From: Trueperaceae bacterium
Lineage (GTDB): Bacteria; Deinococcota; Deinococci; Deinococcales; Trueperaceae
NCBI GenBank assembly: GCA_034521815.1
Contig: JAXHLW010000013.1
Span: 352,001 to 416,000, forward strand
DNA: 64,000 bases
Direction of reading: 5' to 3'
Shown here: one piece after another, positions 20,688 through 32,657 of the stretch
Layout: each line of letters starts with the position of its first letter
Position numbering within the stretch: position 1 is the stretch's first letter
Made by a program: the position numbers and the translations under genes
Notes under the pieces: model-generated
Databases searched by the model: none
Told to the model about the DNA's origin: nothing
Seen by the model: the letters and a program-made list of their open reading frames with translations, nothing else

Positions 20688-22540
20688 TGTCCGACGACGT
20701 CAAGGAGCAGATTCGCGCCCGACTCGATCTCGCCGACGTGATCGGCGAGACGGTCGCCCTGAAGCCGGCCGGGCGCGAGCGCCTCAAAGGGCTGTGTCCG
20801 TTCCACGCCGAGAAGACCCCGTCGTTCCACGTTCACGTGGGAAAGGGGTTCTACTACTGCTTCGGCTGCGGCGCCAAGGGCGACCTGTTCGACTTCGTCA
20901 TGCAGACGCAAGGGGTCGACTTCTTCGAGACGCTGCAGATGCTGGGCAGGCGCGCCGGGGTCGAGGTCGAGGCGGCCCGGCCCAACGCCGCCGGCGGCCG
21001 CCGGCGCGACCTGATCGCGGTGAACGAGCTGGCCGAGGCCTGGTTCCGCGGCAACCTGGAGGGCCCGGGCGGCGAGGCGGCGCTGTCGTACCTGCACGGT
21101 CGCGGCCTCACCGACGAGAGCGTCCACGCCTGGGGACTGGGCTGGGCACCGGACGGGTGGGACGGCCTGCTGCGTCACGCGCTCACCGAAGGCGTGCGCG
21201 ACGACGATCTGCTGGCCGCCGGACTGATCTCCGAGAACGAGCGCGGCCGGCGGTACGACCGCTTCCGCAGTCGGGTCGTGTTCCCGATCCGGGACCGGCT
21301 GGGCCGGGTGGTGGGGTTCGCCGGGCGCGTGCTGGGCGACGAGGTTCCCAAGTACCTGAACACGCCCGAGACCGAGATCTTCGACAAGGGGAGCCTGCTG
21401 TACGGCCTCGACCGGGCCCGTCCCTCGATCCGGGAACGATCGGAATGCCTGGTCGTGGAGGGCTACATGGACGTCATCGCGCTGCATCAGACCGGGTTCG
21501 ACCACGCCGTCGCCGCGCTGGGCGCCACGCTGACCGAGGCGCAGGCGCAGGCGCTGTCCCGCCTGGACGTGCAGCGGCTGCTGCTGGCGTTCGACGCCGA
21601 CGACGCGGGGCAGCGGGCGGTGCTGTCGGGTCTGGACCAGTCGGTCGGACGTCGGTTCCTGGTGAGGGCCGTGACCGTCCCGTTCGGGAAGGATCCGGCG
21701 GACGCCGTGCTCGGCGGCCACGTCGACGCGTTCCGCGACGCGCTGGAGCGGGGCGCGTCCGAGGTCGAGTTCCGCTTCCGCTCGGTGATGGAGGCGCACG
21801 ACCCCTCCACGCCGGAGGGGCGCAAGTCGATCCTGGAGGCGCTGGCGCCCGCGATGGCGCCACGCGGCCTGCAGGACGAGGTGGCCGCCGAGATGCGCCG
21901 GCTGGTCACGCACGCGCTGGAGCTCGACGAGCGGCAGCTGCTCGCCTGGCTCGAGAACCGGCGTGGCCGGACGCTGGACGAGACGCAGGTTCGCGGCATG
22001 CGCCGGCGGAGCGCTGCGCAGGGGGGATCGGAGGGGATCGAGCTCGAGGTCATGTCGCTGCTTCTCGGCGAGCCGGGCCGGCTGCGGGAGCGGCTCGGCA
22101 GGGTGCTCGCGCAGGTGCCGCCCGAGCTCGAGCCGTCGCTGCTGCGCGAGTTCGGCCGGATCTGCGAGGAGGAGAGCTTCGACGCCGACAGGATCCTGGC
22201 GCGGTACCGCGAGCGCGAGGAAGCCGACCTGCTGTTCGCCCGGGCGTTCGAGCAGGACGACGACGCCAATGATCGCAGGTCGCAGGTCGAGCGTCACCTC
22301 GAGATCAGCCTGTCCAGGCTGCGCGAGCGCGTGCTCGAGCGGGGCACCGAGGCGCTCAGGCGGCGACTGAAGGAGCGTATGGAGGAGATCCGGCGCCTGC
22401 TCGAGGATCCGGATCTGGCTCCGGACACGTTGCAGGCGTGCTACCAGGAGCTCGGCGAGCTCCAGGGCGCGCTGGCCGCGCGTGAGGCCGAGCGCCGGGT
22501 GCGGCTGCCGTCGGGCTTCGGCCGCGGCAAGCGCCGCTGA
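20687..22540 (+). CDS. dnaG: DNA primase
   Basis: CPFH..CFGC zinc finger, [27 protein letters not shown] (TOPRIM), KDPAD; ATG overlaps the upstream TGA. Confidence 0.96.
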   Translation: MSDDVKEQIRARLDLADVIGETVALKPAGRERLKGLCPFHAEKTPSFHVHVGKGFYYCFGCGAKGDLFDFVMQTQGVDFFETLQMLGRRAGVEVEAARPNAAGGRRRDLIAVNELAEAWFRGNLEGPGGEAALSYLHGRGLTDESVHAWGLGWAPDGWDGLLRHALTEGVRDDDLLAAGLISENERGRRYDRFRSRVVFPIRDRLGRVVGFAGRVLGDEVPKYLNTPETEIFDKGSLLYGLDRARPSIRERSECLVVEGYMDVIALHQTGFDHAVAALGATLTEAQAQALSRLDVQRLLLAFDADDAGQRAVLSGLDQSVGRRFLVRAVTVPFGKDPADAVLGGHVDAFRDALERGASEVEFRFRSVMEAHDPSTPEGRKSILEALAPAMAPRGLQDEVAAEMRRLVTHALELDERQLLAWLENRRGRTLDETQVRGMRRRSAAQGGSEGIELEVMSLLLGEPGRLRERLGRVLAQVPPELEPSLLREFGRICEEESFDADRILARYREREEADLLFARAFEQDDDANDRRSQVERHLEISLSRLRERVLERGTEALRRRLKERMEEIRRLLEDPDLAPDTLQACYQELGELQGALAAREAERRVRLPSGFGRGKRR

Positions 22541-22558
22541 TCGACGTGGCGCTCTCGG

Positions 22559-22580
22559 ACGCCGTCCAGGACGGCGTTTC
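22559..22580 (+). terminator. Possible terminator after dnaG
   Basis: acgccgtc-cag-gacggcgt followed by ttc. Confidence 0.45.
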
Positions 22581-22607
22581 GTCTGCCGCGCGCCCGCCCG
22601 TGCGCAA

Positions 22608-22637
22608 TTGACACCCTTTCGAGTGTGCTGGTATCCT
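22608..22637 (+). promoter_or_regulatory. sigma70 promoter of the V/A-ATPase operon
   Basis: TTGACA-18 nt-TATCCT with an extended TG. Confidence 0.75.
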
Positions 22638-22761
22638 CGCTCGGCAGCGCACGAGGGTCCGTTCACGTACTCGCGGGCGCTATCCGTAGATTCCCGTACC
22701 ACCACCGCCACCGCCGCAGCCGTGACGGCGTCACGTGCTGCCGGGACGAGAGGAGGGGCGT

Positions 22762-23082
22762 TTGGAAGCCCAGGGAGATAACCTGCTGCAACGCCTCGTC
22801 GAACAGGAACGGACGCTCGCCGGCAAGGTCGAGAGCGCGCAGAGCGAGGCGACGAAGATCGTCGACGAAGCTCGCGCCGAGGCCGACAAGATCGCCGAGG
22901 ACGCGCGGAAGCGCGCCGACCGGATCGCCGAGGAGGAACGCCGGGCCGGGGCCGAGGCGGCGGAGACCGAGCGCAGCGAGATCGTCGCGCGCGCGAAGTC
23001 CGATGCCGAGTCGATTCACAGCCGTGCCGAGGCGCGCCGCGCCGCGGCCGCCGAGCTGGTGATGGAGCGCGTGCTGCCATGA
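22762..23082 (+). CDS. atpG: V/A-type ATP synthase peripheral stalk subunit G (H)
   Basis: Charged coiled coil, first gene of the operon; AGGAGG before TTG 22762. Confidence 0.8.
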   Translation: MEAQGDNLLQRLVEQERTLAGKVESAQSEATKIVDEARAEADKIAEDARKRADRIAEEERRAGAEAAETERSEIVARAKSDAESIHSRAEARRAAAAELVMERVLP

Positions 23083-25061
23083 TCGCCCGCATGGACCGGC
23101 TCACGGTCGTCGGGCGTCGTAGCGCGGCGCGCGAGGTCCTGCAATCGCTGCAGAGCCTCGGCGTCGTGCAGATCGACCCGCTGGAGCCCGAGGAGGGCGC
23201 CGAGCTGGTCCGCAACCGCCTCGTCGGCGAGGACCGAACGGAGGCCGATCGCTGGGCGTCCGCGCTGGCACGGATCGCCACGCTGCGCGAGACGCTGTCC
23301 GCACGGAACGTCTCTCCCGCCCCCCGCAGCGAGGTGCCGACCGTTCTCGACGAGATCGAGTCGACCCTCGACGACGTGGGCTCGCAAGCGGACGCCATCG
23401 TGGCCGAGCGGGCCCAGGTCCGCGAGGAGCGCGCCACCGTCGACGAGTACCTGCCCGTGTTCCGCGTCCTCGCTCCCACGCTGGCGCAGCTCGACCAGAG
23501 CCGCTGGCTGGCCGGCATGCCGTTCCTGGCTCCGGCCGACGCGGTTCCGGAGATCGAGGCGTCGCTGGGCGACGCGCTCGAGGATCGCGTCCTGATCACG
23601 CACCGCGCCTACGGCGATCAGCGTCTCGTGGTCGCCGTCGTGCTGAAGCGCGACGAGGCGGAGCTTCGCCGCGCGCTCTCGCGCTCCGGCGTCGCGCCGC
23701 TGGCGCTTCCCGGCCGCTACCGCCACCTGGACACGGCCAAGGCCGTGCACACCATGGAGGAGCGATCGCAGCAGCTTCCCAAGCGGCTCGCCTCGCTCGA
23801 GCAACAGCTCGTCAAGCTCGGCGCGCAGCACGGCCCGCGTCTCGCCACGGTGCATACGGTGATTCGGAACCATCACGTTCGGCTCCAGCGGCTCGAGGAT
23901 CTCGCCACGGGCCGCTACGCCTTCGCCCTCCGTGGCTGGGTCCCCAGCGAGGACGTCCGCAAGGTCACCGAAGGCCTGCGCAAGCAGTTCGGCGACGACG
24001 TCGTCATCGACCATCGGCCCGCGGACGAGCATCACGATCAGGGGGTCCCGGTCAAGCTGGACAACCCGGGCTGGATGCGTCCGTTCCAAGGTCTGCTGGC
24101 CCTGTTCGCGCCCCCGAGGTACGGCAACTTCGATCCCACCTGGACGCTGGCGACGTTCTTTCCGCTGTTCTTCGGCCTCGTCGTCGGCGACATCGCCTAC
24201 GGCCTGATCTTCCTGGCCTTCGGCCTCTGGGTCCGGCAGCGGGGCAAGAAGGGCAAGAACCTCGACCTCGGTCCGCTCGGGATCGTGATCCCGGCCCGCA
24301 ACCTGCCGGGCATCGGGACCGTCGTGAACTGGGCGGCGGGCTGGACGATCGCGTGGGGCGTCGTGTACGGCGAGTTCTGGGGGAACTTCCTGGAGCACTG
24401 GCCGCACGACCGTCCGGTGTTCTATCCCGGCGACAAGGGGATCTTCGAGATCCTGCTGTTCCGGGTCGAGGTGTTCACGCCGCTCCTGATCCTGACGTTG
24501 GGCTTCGGGACGCTCCAGGTCCTGCTGGGCTGGGGCATCCGCGCCTACTACGGCTGGAAGCACGGCGACCGCAAGCACCTCTGGGAGGGCGTCGGCATGT
24601 TCTCGGGCATCACCGGCGTGGTCGTGTTCGCGACCGGCTACCTCACCGAAGCGCTGGGGCCGGCCGTGCTGACCGTCTCCGGCGTCCTGTTGGCCATCTT
24701 CCTGCTCGGCGTGGTGCTCTCGGGGATCCCGCTGATGCTCGTCGAGCTCATCTCGAACTCGGGCAACATCCTCAGCTACCTGCGACTGTTCGCCGTCGGC
24801 CTGTCGGCCGCCCTGGTGGCCAACCTCGGGACCGACGCCGGCTTCGCGACGAACGCCGCGATCGGGGTGCCCGTGCTCGGAGAGCTGCTGGGGATACTCG
24901 TCGCCGTGTTCATCAACCTGTTCGCGGTCGTTCTCACCCTCGTCGGCCACACCTTGCAGCCGCTCCGTCTGCAGTACGTGGAATTCTTCACCAAGTTCGG
25001 CTTCTACGAAGAGAGTGGCCGACCCTACGCGCCGTTCCGGCTCCATGGAGGAAAAGCATGA
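23079..25061 (+). CDS. atpI: V/A-type ATP synthase subunit I (a)
   Basis: DPT, GD..YG, LSYLRL.A.GL, RLQYVEFF.KF. Confidence 0.95.
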   Translation: MIARMDRLTVVGRRSAAREVLQSLQSLGVVQIDPLEPEEGAELVRNRLVGEDRTEADRWASALARIATLRETLSARNVSPAPRSEVPTVLDEIESTLDDVGSQADAIVAERAQVREERATVDEYLPVFRVLAPTLAQLDQSRWLAGMPFLAPADAVPEIEASLGDALEDRVLITHRAYGDQRLVVAVVLKRDEAELRRALSRSGVAPLALPGRYRHLDTAKAVHTMEERSQQLPKRLASLEQQLVKLGAQHGPRLATVHTVIRNHHVRLQRLEDLATGRYAFALRGWVPSEDVRKVTEGLRKQFGDDVVIDHRPADEHHDQGVPVKLDNPGWMRPFQGLLALFAPPRYGNFDPTWTLATFFPLFFGLVVGDIAYGLIFLAFGLWVRQRGKKGKNLDLGPLGIVIPARNLPGIGTVVNWAAGWTIAWGVVYGEFWGNFLEHWPHDRPVFYPGDKGIFEILLFRVEVFTPLLILTLGFGTLQVLLGWGIRAYYGWKHGDRKHLWEGVGMFSGITGVVVFATGYLTEALGPAVLTVSGVLLAIFLLGVVLSGIPLMLVELISNSGNILSYLRLFAVGLSAALVANLGTDAGFATNAAIGVPVLGELLGILVAVFINLFAVVLTLVGHTLQPLRLQYVEFFTKFGFYEESGRPYAPFRLHGGKA

Positions 25062-25366
25062 ACAAGCTCGGTCTCACCACCATTCTGATTCTCGTCGCCT
25101 CGATCCTCGGCCTCGCCTTCGCGCAGGACGCCGAAGCCGCCAAGACCGTCGGAGACGGCATCATCGCGCTGGCCGCCGCGCTGGCCATCGGCATCGCCGC
25201 CGTCGGCGTGGGCCTGGCCCAGGCCGCCATCGGCTCCGCCGGTGCCGGCACGCTCGCCGAGCGTCCCGAAGCGTTCGGTCAGATCCTGATCTACCTCGTC
25301 ATTCCCGAGACGATCATCATCTTCGCCTTCGTCATCGCCTTCTTCCTTAACGGTCAGATCGGCTGA
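25058..25366 (+). CDS. atpK: V/A-type ATP synthase proteolipid subunit K/L (c), single hairpin with signal peptide
   Basis: AQAAIGSAG...ERPE...IPET with the ion-binding Glu. Confidence 0.93.
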   Translation: MNKLGLTTILILVASILGLAFAQDAEAAKTVGDGIIALAAALAIGIAAVGVGLAQAAIGSAGAGTLAERPEAFGQILIYLVIPETIIIFAFVIAFFLNGQIG

Positions 25367-25371
25367 ATCCC

Positions 25372-25953
25372 GTGGCGGATCTGGCTGCTCTGCTTGACAA
25401 AGAAGCGAGCGCGGAGATCGAAGCCATCCTCGCAGAGGCGCGGGAACGCGCCTCTGCGATCGTCGCGGAAGCCGAACGAGAAGCGGAGGCGCTGGTCGCC
25501 GCCCGAGAACGGCAGGCCAAGGCGCAGCGCCAGGCCGCCCTCGTTCGCGCCCGGAGCGCCGCGCAGCTCGAGGCCGCTTCGATGCGACTGAACGCCCAGC
25601 AGGAGGCCATCGAGTCGGTCTTCAGCGAGGTGGAGGACGAGATCGCCGCACTCACCGACGACGACGCGCGCTACGCGCCCGTGCTCGAGGCCCTGCTGCG
25701 CGAGGCGGTGGACGGCGTCCGAGGGACGCCCGACGCGGTGGTCGTGCACCCCAGCGACGAGGCGCTCGCCGCGAAGGCCGCGAAGGCGGTCGGCGTGGAC
25801 GCCCCGATCGAGACCGATCCCGCCGTCCGCGGCGGCGTCAAGGTCCGGACCGGCCGCGTCGCCGTCGAGAACACGCTCTCGGCGCGCTTGGGCGCGCTTC
25901 GCGACGAGCTCGCCTCGGAGGTATCGCAGGCCCTGACGAGCAAGGAGGCTTAG
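25372..25953 (+). CDS. atpE: V/A-type ATP synthase subunit E
   Basis: N-terminal coiled coil, GGV..., ENTL.ARL; operon position. Confidence 0.9.
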   Translation: MADLAALLDKEASAEIEAILAEARERASAIVAEAEREAEALVAARERQAKAQRQAALVRARSAAQLEAASMRLNAQQEAIESVFSEVEDEIAALTDDDARYAPVLEALLREAVDGVRGTPDAVVVHPSDEALAAKAAKAVGVDAPIETDPAVRGGVKVRTGRVAVENTLSARLGALRDELASEVSQALTSKEA

Positions 25954-26967
25954 ATGTCGAGCGACTTCGGCTACGTCAACGCCCGCGTCCGTGGGATGGC
26001 GTCACGCCTGCTCGGCCCAGAGACCTACCAGGCGGCGCTCGCGGCGGAGGACTTCCGCGGCTTCACCGCCGTGCTCGGTCAGTCTCCCTACGCGCACGCC
26101 CTCGAGGAGGCCCAAGCGCAGGGCGACGGGCTGAAGGCCGTCGACCGCGCACTGGCCGACGATTTCCACGCCACGACGAAGAGCATGCTCGCCTTCACGG
26201 ACGGCGCGCCGCGGCGGATGATCGCCGCCTTGCTGCGCCGCTACGACCTGGAGGACCTCAAGACCGTAGCCCGCGCCCACCACGCAGGGCGCGATCCGAG
26301 CGAGATGGGCGAGGCCCTCACGGGGGCCGGAGAGCTGCGGCCCGCGACGATCGAGTCGCTGGTCGCCGCGCCGGATCTGCCGACCGCCGGACAGGCGCTG
26401 TCGGTGACGAAGCATCCGTTGGCTCACGCCTTCGTGCGTGCGGCCCGTCGCTACGCCAACGACGGCGACCTGCTCGCGTTCGAGCTGGCTCTGGACCACG
26501 CGACCTTCCGGCTTCTGTCCGAGACCGGGGAGGCGGGCGGAACGTCCGACACGTTCCGTCGCCACGTGGAGCGCGAGATCGACGCCGCCAATCTGCGGAC
26601 CGCCCTGAAGGTCGCCGGCCGGGACATCGATGCGGACACGCTGTTCGTGGAGGGCGGTCGCGAGGTCAAGCGCGACACCTTCCTTCAGCTGGCCGAGGCG
26701 GGCCTGTCCGGCCTGTCGGCGCTGGGTTCTGGAACGTTCGCGCCCGTCGCGCAGGCGGAGGACCTGGCCGGCGCCGAGCGAGCCATCCGGACCGCCCTCG
26801 ACGAAGCCGCCCGCCGCGCGGCGCTACGCGACCCGCTGGGCATCGGCGTGGTGATCCGCTACCTTCGCGACAAGGAGTCCGAGGCGGCCAAGCTTCGGCT
26901 GCTGGCTCGCGGCGCGTACTACCACGTGCCGCGCAACGATCTCGAGAAGGAGCTGGGGCATGCATAA
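25954..26967 (+). CDS. atpC: V/A-type ATP synthase subunit C (d)
   Basis: FGYVNARVRG, EIDAANLR, KESE..KLR. Confidence 0.92.
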   Translation: MSSDFGYVNARVRGMASRLLGPETYQAALAAEDFRGFTAVLGQSPYAHALEEAQAQGDGLKAVDRALADDFHATTKSMLAFTDGAPRRMIAALLRRYDLEDLKTVARAHHAGRDPSEMGEALTGAGELRPATIESLVAAPDLPTAGQALSVTKHPLAHAFVRAARRYANDGDLLAFELALDHATFRLLSETGEAGGTSDTFRRHVEREIDAANLRTALKVAGRDIDADTLFVEGGREVKRDTFLQLAEAGLSGLSALGSGTFAPVAQAEDLAGAERAIRTALDEAARRAALRDPLGIGVVIRYLRDKESEAAKLRLLARGAYYHVPRNDLEKELGHA

Positions 26968-27286
26968 GGTCGTCGTGTTCACCGACGCCGAGACCGCGAC
27001 GGGGTACCGCCTCGCCGGTGTCGAGGTGCGGGTCGCACAGCCCGATGGCGCCAGCAAAGCGCTCGAGGCGTTGATCGAGGAGGACGCCTACGGGCTGGTG
27101 ATCGTCGACGAGGGGCTGGTGGCCGATCCCGTGGCCGCGACCGAGCGCACGATGCGGGGTCGCGATCTGCCCGTCCTGCTACCGGTGCCCAGCCTGGGCG
27201 CCGCATTCGGCGAGGGCGACGACGCCACCGCCTACATGAAGGACTTGGTGCGGAGCGCGATCGGCTTCGACATCAAGCTGGAATAG
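26960..27286 (+). CDS. atpF: V/A-type ATP synthase subunit F
   Basis: [19 protein letters not shown]-terminus. Confidence 0.92.
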   Translation: MHKVVVFTDAETATGYRLAGVEVRVAQPDGASKALEALIEEDAYGLVIVDEGLVADPVAATERTMRGRDLPVLLPVPSLGAAFGEGDDATAYMKDLVRSAIGFDIKLE

Positions 27287-27299
27287 AGGAGAAGACGAC

Positions 27300-29039
<1,740 letters not shown>

Positions 29040-29048
29040 GGAGCGAAC

Positions 29049-30470
29049 GTGAGCAAGAACCTTCTCAAGAAGGAGTACAGCGAGGTCAGCTACGTTTCCG
29101 GCCCGCTGCTCTTCCTCCAGAACGCACCCGACCTGAGCTACAACGCGATCGTCAGCATCAAGGACGGATCGGGCCGCGTCCGCGGCGGTCAGGTGATCGA
29201 GGTCAGCAAGGAGTACACCGTGCTCCAGGTGTTCGAGGAGACCTCGGGCATCGACCTCTCCTCGACGACCGTCAGCCTGGTCGAGAACGTCGCCCGACTC
29301 GGCGTCAGCAAGGAGATGATCGGACGCCGCTTCAACGGCATCGGCGAGCCGATCGACGGCCTGCCCGAGGTCGTCGCCGACAAGCGGCTGCCGATCGGCG
29401 GCGCGCCGATCAACCCCGTGGCGCGCCAGAAGCCCGAGGAGTTCATCCAGACCGGCGTCAGCACCATCGACACGCTGATCAGCCTGGTCCGCGGGCAGAA
29501 GCTGCCGATCTTCTCCGGCTCGGGCCTGCCCGCGAACGAGCTCGCCGCGCAGATCGCGCGTCAGGCGACCGTGATCGGCGAGCAGAGCGAGTTCGCCGTG
29601 GTGTTCGCCGCGATGGGCGTCACCCAGCGGGAGCTGACCTTCTTCACCAAGGAGTTCGAGCGGACCGGCGCGCTGGCGCGCTCCGTGCTGTTCCTCAACA
29701 AGGCGGACGACCCGGCGGTCGAGCGGATCCTCACGCCGCGCATGGCGCTGACGGCGGCCGAGTACCTCGCCTACGAGCACGACTACCACGTGCTGGTCAT
29801 CCTCACCGACATGACGAACTACTGCGAGGCGCTGCGCGAGATCGGCGGCGCCCGTGAGGAGATTCCCGGTCGGCGTGGCTACCCCGGCTACATGTACACC
29901 GACCTCGCGGGGATCTACGAGCGCGCCGGCGTGGTCAAGGGCAAGAAGGGCTCGGTGACGCAGCTGCCGATCCTGACGATGCCGGACGACGACGTCACGC
30001 ACCCGATCCCCGACCTGACCGGCTACATCACCGAGGGGCAGATCTACCTGGCGCGCGACCTGCACAACAAGGGCATCTTCCCGCCGATCAACCCCGGCCC
30101 GTCGCTGTCGCGCCTGATGAACAACGGCATCGGCGAGGGCAAGACCCGCGCCGACCACAAGGACGTCGCCGACCAGCTCCAGGCGGCGTACGCCAACGGG
30201 CTGGACCTGCGGCGCCTCGTGGCCATCACCGGCGAGGACGCGCTGTCCGAGACCGACAAGCTGTACCTGGCGTTCGCCGACGAGTTCGAGAAGGTGTTCA
30301 TCGACCAGGGCCAAGAGAACCGCAGCGTCGAGGAGTCGCTGCAGATCGCTTGGGCGACCCTGTCGAAGCTGCCCAAGAGCGAGCTCACGCGCCTCAAGAA
30401 CGAGCAGATCGACGTGTACTACGGCGCGAAGATGGACGAGCTCTGGGGCGCGGCGCAGGACGCCCGCTAG
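29049..30470 (+). CDS. atpB: V/A-type ATP synthase subunit B
   Basis: [39 protein letters not shown]. Confidence 0.98.
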   Translation: MSKNLLKKEYSEVSYVSGPLLFLQNAPDLSYNAIVSIKDGSGRVRGGQVIEVSKEYTVLQVFEETSGIDLSSTTVSLVENVARLGVSKEMIGRRFNGIGEPIDGLPEVVADKRLPIGGAPINPVARQKPEEFIQTGVSTIDTLISLVRGQKLPIFSGSGLPANELAAQIARQATVIGEQSEFAVVFAAMGVTQRELTFFTKEFERTGALARSVLFLNKADDPAVERILTPRMALTAAEYLAYEHDYHVLVILTDMTNYCEALREIGGAREEIPGRRGYPGYMYTDLAGIYERAGVVKGKKGSVTQLPILTMPDDDVTHPIPDLTGYITEGQIYLARDLHNKGIFPPINPGPSLSRLMNNGIGEGKTRADHKDVADQLQAAYANGLDLRRLVAITGEDALSETDKLYLAFADEFEKVFIDQGQENRSVEESLQIAWATLSKLPKSELTRLKNEQIDVYYGAKMDELWGAAQDAR

Positions 30471-30482
30471 GCGGGGAGGACC

Positions 30483-31127
30483 ATGGCCGAGTCGATCGCA
30501 CCCACCCGCTCGAACCTGCTTCAGCGCCGCGACCAGCTCAAGCTGGCCGGGCGCGGCGCGGATCTTCTGAAGCGGAAGCGCGACGCGCTGATCGGCGAGT
30601 TCTTCGATCTGGTCAAGGCGTCGCTCGAGGCTCGCCGGGCGTTGCAGGCCGCGAGCAAGGAGGCGTACTTCGCGCTGTTCCTCGCGAACGCCTGGGACGG
30701 CCCCGCCGCGGTCGAGAGCCTGGCGCTGGCCAGCGACGAGACGCTCGAGATCGAGATCTCGGTCGAGAACCTGTTCGGCGTCAAGGTGCCTCAGGTCCAG
30801 CCGCCGGAGTTCTCGGACGAGCTGCCGTTCAGCCCGGTCGGGGCCGGCGCGCGGACGCTGGACGCCGCGACCGAGTTCCGCAAGCTGACCGAGGCGATCG
30901 TCCAGGTCGCCGCGACCGAGACCCGCCTCAGGCGCATCGGCGAGGAGATCAAGAAGACGAACCGGCGCGTGAACGCGCTGGAGCAGCTCGTCATCCCCGG
31001 GATCCGGCACCAGATCAAGGACATCCGGAGTGTGCTGGACCAGCGCGCGCTCGAGGAGGTCACGGTGCTCAAGCGCATCAAGGCCAAGCTCGAGGCGAAG
31101 GAGAAGGAGGGCGCCCCCGCCGCCTGA
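30483..31127 (+). CDS. atpD: V/A-type ATP synthase subunit D
   Basis: PTRSNL, LLKRKRDAL, KTNRRVNALE. Confidence 0.96.
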   Translation: MAESIAPTRSNLLQRRDQLKLAGRGADLLKRKRDALIGEFFDLVKASLEARRALQAASKEAYFALFLANAWDGPAAVESLALASDETLEIEISVENLFGVKVPQVQPPEFSDELPFSPVGAGARTLDAATEFRKLTEAIVQVAATETRLRRIGEEIKKTNRRVNALEQLVIPGIRHQIKDIRSVLDQRALEEVTVLKRIKAKLEAKEKEGAPAA

Positions 31128-31153
31128 TCCTGCCCAGACGCCGCCGTCCAGGA

Positions 31154-31187
31154 ATCTCGGCCCCGCACGTGCGGGCCGAGATCTTTT
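31154..31187 (+). terminator. Intrinsic terminator of the ATPase operon
   Basis: atctcggccccgc-acgt-gcgggccgagat followed by cttttc. Confidence 0.8.
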
Positions 31188-31306
31188 CGTGGCCAGCGCG
31201 TGGACATCGAGGATCGGCGGCACGCCGAACGCCGAGCGGTGTTCGTGCGCCGTGATTCTGTTGAGCGCTCCGCTCACCTGAGCATGAACATGCATACGTT
31301 CGGGGC

Positions 31307-31335
31307 TTTACAGATGCGCCGGACTTGGGTAGAGT
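31307..31335 (+). promoter_or_regulatory. Putative sigma70 promoter of the aap operon
   Basis: TTTACA-17 nt-TAGAGT. Confidence 0.6.
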
Positions 31336-31410
31336 GCCGTCGGGCAGCGATGTTTCGATGATACCTCCGTCGGAGCCCGCCCATCGCTCATCACGCAAAG
31401 GAGTTCGTAT

Positions 31411-32433
31411 ATGCGCAAGATCCTAACCATCGTCGCCGCGTTGTCGGTCCTCTTCGGACTGGCGCAGGCGCAGACCAGTCTGCTCGACGAAGTGAAGCTC
31501 CGCGGCAACCTCGTCTGCGGCGTCAACAACCAGGTCCCCGGGCTTCGGCGTGGTCGACTCCGCGGGCGAGTACAGCGGCTTCGACGTCGACTTCTGCCGC
31601 GCCATCGCGGCCGCCGTGCTCGGTGACGCCGACGCGGTCGAGTTCCGTGCGCTCTCCGCGCAGGAGCGGTTCACCGCCACCCAGACCGGCGAGGTGGACG
31701 TGCTGATCCGCAACACCACCTGGACCTCCAGCCGCGACAGCACGGTGGGACTGAACTTCGCGCCGACCACCTTCTACGACGGCCAGGGCTTCATGGTGAA
31801 GGAAGCGTCCGGCATCGAGGCGCTCGCAGGACCTCGAGGGTCGTAGCATCTGCGTGCAGTCGGGAACGACGACCGAGCTGAACCTGACCGACGTCATGGC
31901 CGCGCTCGACATCGACTACACCCCGGTGATCTTCGAGACCGCCGACCAGGCGATCGCGTCGTACGACAGCGGCCAGTGCGAGTCGTACACGACCGACGTG
32001 TCCGGTCTCGTGAGCCGTAAGACCACGCTCGCAGGACCCCGAGGGCAGCCTCATCCTGCCGCAGACGATCTCCAAGGAGCCGCTCGGACCGTCCGTCCTG
32101 CACGGTGACGACGCCTGGTTCGACGCCGTCAAGTGGATCACCTTCGGCACCTTCGCGGCCGAGGAGTACGGCATCACCTCCGAGAACGTGCGCGAGGTCG
32201 CCGAGACGACCGAGAACCCGGCCGTTCAGCCGCTTCCTCGGCGTCGACGGCTGAAGTCGCTCGAGCAGCTCGGCCTCGACGCCGACGCGATGATCGACAT
32301 GATCGAGCAGGTCGGCAACTACGGCGAGATCTTCGCTCGCAACCTCGGGCCCGATACCCCGTTCGGCATCGAGCGTGGGCTGAACGCCAGCTACGTCGAC
32401 GGTGGCCTGCTGTACAGCCCGCCTTTCCGCTGA
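31411..32433 (+). pseudogene. aapJ: General L-amino-acid ABC substrate-binding protein, about 5 frameshifts as given
   Basis: Fragments RG.LVCGV, GFDVDFCRAIA, RNTTWT, FYDGQGF, ISKEPLGP, VGNYGEIF.RNLG, GLLYSPPFR in successive frames; shifts near 31540, 31825, 32030, 32230, 32250. Confidence 0.88.
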
Positions 32434-32447
32434 GCAGCGCTTCTACT

Positions 32448-32477
32448 CCTGGAGCCGGTCGCGGGACCGGCTCCAGG
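32448..32477 (+). promoter_or_regulatory. Intercistronic stem-loop after aapJ
   Basis: 13-bp stem cctggagccggtc-gcgg-gaccggctccagg. Confidence 0.7.
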
Positions 32478-32657
32478 GCGTCGCCGTGTCGCGGCGCCTG
32501 GCCTCGATCTGTGAGCCGTCCTTCGCGACGGGCGTCGCACGCAGCGGACCCTCCATCTTGATGAACGTCACGATCGATCTCATCCCGCAGCGGCTCCGAA
32601 CCCGGACCGAAGGCCGCTTCGAATCGGACGCCTCGCCGGAGGCTGCGAAGGTCGTAC

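Noticed and set aside
22643-22761. Riboswitch or ncRNA in the ATPase operon leader
   Set aside because: Only short GC palindromes; no recognisable family motif
25058-25366. Na+-specific ATP synthase inferred from Q...ET in the c subunit
   Set aside because: As I recall, the H+-coupled Thermus thermophilus subunit has the same residues, so specificity cannot be called
31282-31301. Imperfect palindrome gaac-atgcatac-gttc upstream of the aap promoter as an operator
   Set aside because: Short, single occurrence, and not assignable to a regulator from sequence alone
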